From positions 249,222 through 313,221 of the forward strand of contig JAHLTZ010000031.1 of NCBI GenBank assembly GCA_025786725.1: a stretch of 64,000 nt of DNA, written 5' to 3'. The position numbers were made by a program, and so were the translations under genes. The DNA comes from Syncephalis fuscata S228. Taxonomy: Eukaryota > Fungi > Zoopagomycota. Below, one piece after another: positions 62,263 to 64,000 of the stretch (positions are counted from its first letter, which is position 1; every line of letters starts with the position of its first letter). The notes beneath the pieces are model-generated. The model made no database searches and was not told where the DNA came from. It was given only the letters and a program-made list of their open reading frames with translations.

Positions 62263-64000
62263 ATGGATCAGAACAGTGAAATGTCTTCTGCTATGCAGGA
62301 TTTGATGAGAAGTCTCGGCGTTGAAGGCGAAGAGGAAGGGTCAGATACGAATCTTGATGAGGCACTAAGGGCACTATTGGGCAACGGTACCGATGAAGAT
62401 ATAGCGATGTTGCTTAATAGTAGCAATTTACAAAATAATGCAACGACAACAGTGGCGGAACAAGCGGAAGCTGCACCAGTAACATCTACATCATCGCCAG
62501 ATGTTTTAATGGAGCAAGAACCGACGATAACAACACCAAGTAATGCATCCACCTTTTCATCTGCTCATAATCCAAATAGATTACGCGAATCATTAAATGC
62601 ACGGCCATTAAACACATCAGCAGGTAAATTTATAACTAGCAAATGATAGCCATTGATGATGACAATAATTGTGATTGGTAGCGTCACGGGTTGCTATACC
62701 ACCTTCTACAACATTTGGCAACATTATTAGTGAATTAAATCCAAAGAACCAAGCACGTATGCAGGAGTTATTGTCTTTATTACAGGTAGCACATCAATAT
62801 TAGTAACAAACTATAGTGTTAATAAGTAATGAACATAGTCGGATGGCATTGGTATCGATAATTTTATGTTAGAATGTAAAAAAATAGTTAATGCACGTCA
62901 ATACCAAGAGATGGAACAGATACGTGATAAGGTACGGAAAGATAGAGCATCGGCCCGTCCTTCACCGGCACCGTCACCAGCACCATCGGCACCTAGTTCA
63001 AGACGGGGATCACCCGGTGCCTCGCCCTCTAGTCTACAGTCACCAACATTGCCGAATAGCCGGCCTAATTCATTGGGCAAATCAAAGAAGCGTAGTGTGG
63101 ATTCAGATACCGGCGAAACTTCAGCAGGCATGCTATTGTAAGTATAAAGTTGCTGTTAATTGAGCCAATTTCTTATTAATATAATGTATACGACAGACTT
63201 GCCGATGCAGCAGTCAAGAAGCAAAAGCTTGAAACAATGATTCCATTTATTGTACCGCCACCGCCCCATCCAATTTGGCAAGCAGTATGCGTAGGACAGG
63301 CAGTGTGCATAGTACAAAGGATATTGTTCTACCAAGTCCAATTCGTAAGTAAAATGCCATTGATAAATGCATAATAACTACTTATATTGATACTACAATG
63401 GCGTAGATGCTTCTGGTGCCAGTGCTAGTAATATTAATAGTACGCCATCTACACCTGGGCCAAGGTAAATAAGACTAATGATGTGTTAAGTATTATTACT
63501 AATTAAGTTTATTCTATTAGTCGATCACGCGCAGGTGTCGAGTCTACAGCAGGTGCCACATCGGCTAATAACGAAAAATTAGACGTAGATGCATTAACGG
63601 ATGTAATGGGATATGCTGGCATTGATTTAAGAGTAAGTATAGCTAAATATACGATGTATACAAATAAAGCAGTAACTAATAAACGTATAGGAAGAGAAAG
63701 AGCTTATTCTACGTAATGATATACAACAGCTGGGTGCGGCCAGTGGCGGCAGCCTTGTTGATCGATCGCATACACAAAACTTTATGAATGTGGATAGTTT
63801 AAGACTAAAGACCGAGCGTATTAGTAAGTTAAGCTGTCAAATTAAACTATTTATTAATTATCGATCAACAGCACGGCGTATGGGTCTTTGCCGGCCAAAC
63901 AACGATGTACTTAACTATTTGGCACTAGCAGCACAACAACGCCTACAAGGACTGGTTCAAGAAATGGTAGCAGCCAGTAAGCATCGTGTATTTTCACAGC
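62263..64000 (+). CDS. TAF4: TFIID subunit TAF4, truncated at the window end
   Basis: DALTDVMGYAGIDLREE and histone-fold YLALAAQQRLQGLVQEMVAASKHR. Confidence 0.8.

Overview
AT-rich, intron-dense eukaryotic DNA with short GT-AG introns. The gene content and intron style suggest an early-diverging fungus, possibly Zoopagomycota (inference). About 22 protein-coding loci are recognisable, including twinfilin, DCAF4-like WD40, CNS1, FAN1, MED18, a standalone ZnF-UBP, FAM32A, ABHD, Psh1-like RING, SEC22, GPI14, NMNAT, cytochrome b5-like, selenophosphate synthetase and partial TAF4. Main result: the ~80-bp 'tandem repeat' at 52.4-55.1 kb is a micro-exon gene on the minus strand. A signal-peptide exon is followed by 28 micro-exons (24 of 3 nt, 4 of 6 nt), each flanked by canonical splice signals. 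Joined, they encode a 67-aa secreted precursor with a 6-cysteine peptide (DARYDCLEQCVKRKNCGRPFRFICEYNCNKECQANP). Other highlights: (i) a selenocysteine-type SPS2 with an in-frame UGA, a 3'UTR SECIS and an SRE-like hairpin, which is rare in fungi; (ii) a 5S rRNA gene followed 8 nt later by tRNA-Asp with one shared Pol III terminator; (iii) a tRNA-derived SINE with a 14-bp target-site duplication inside the micro-exon gene; (iv) a dispersed repeat family arranged in inverted pairs. Several genes carry single-base frameshifts, which may be assembly errors. All calls were made by eye with no database searches.
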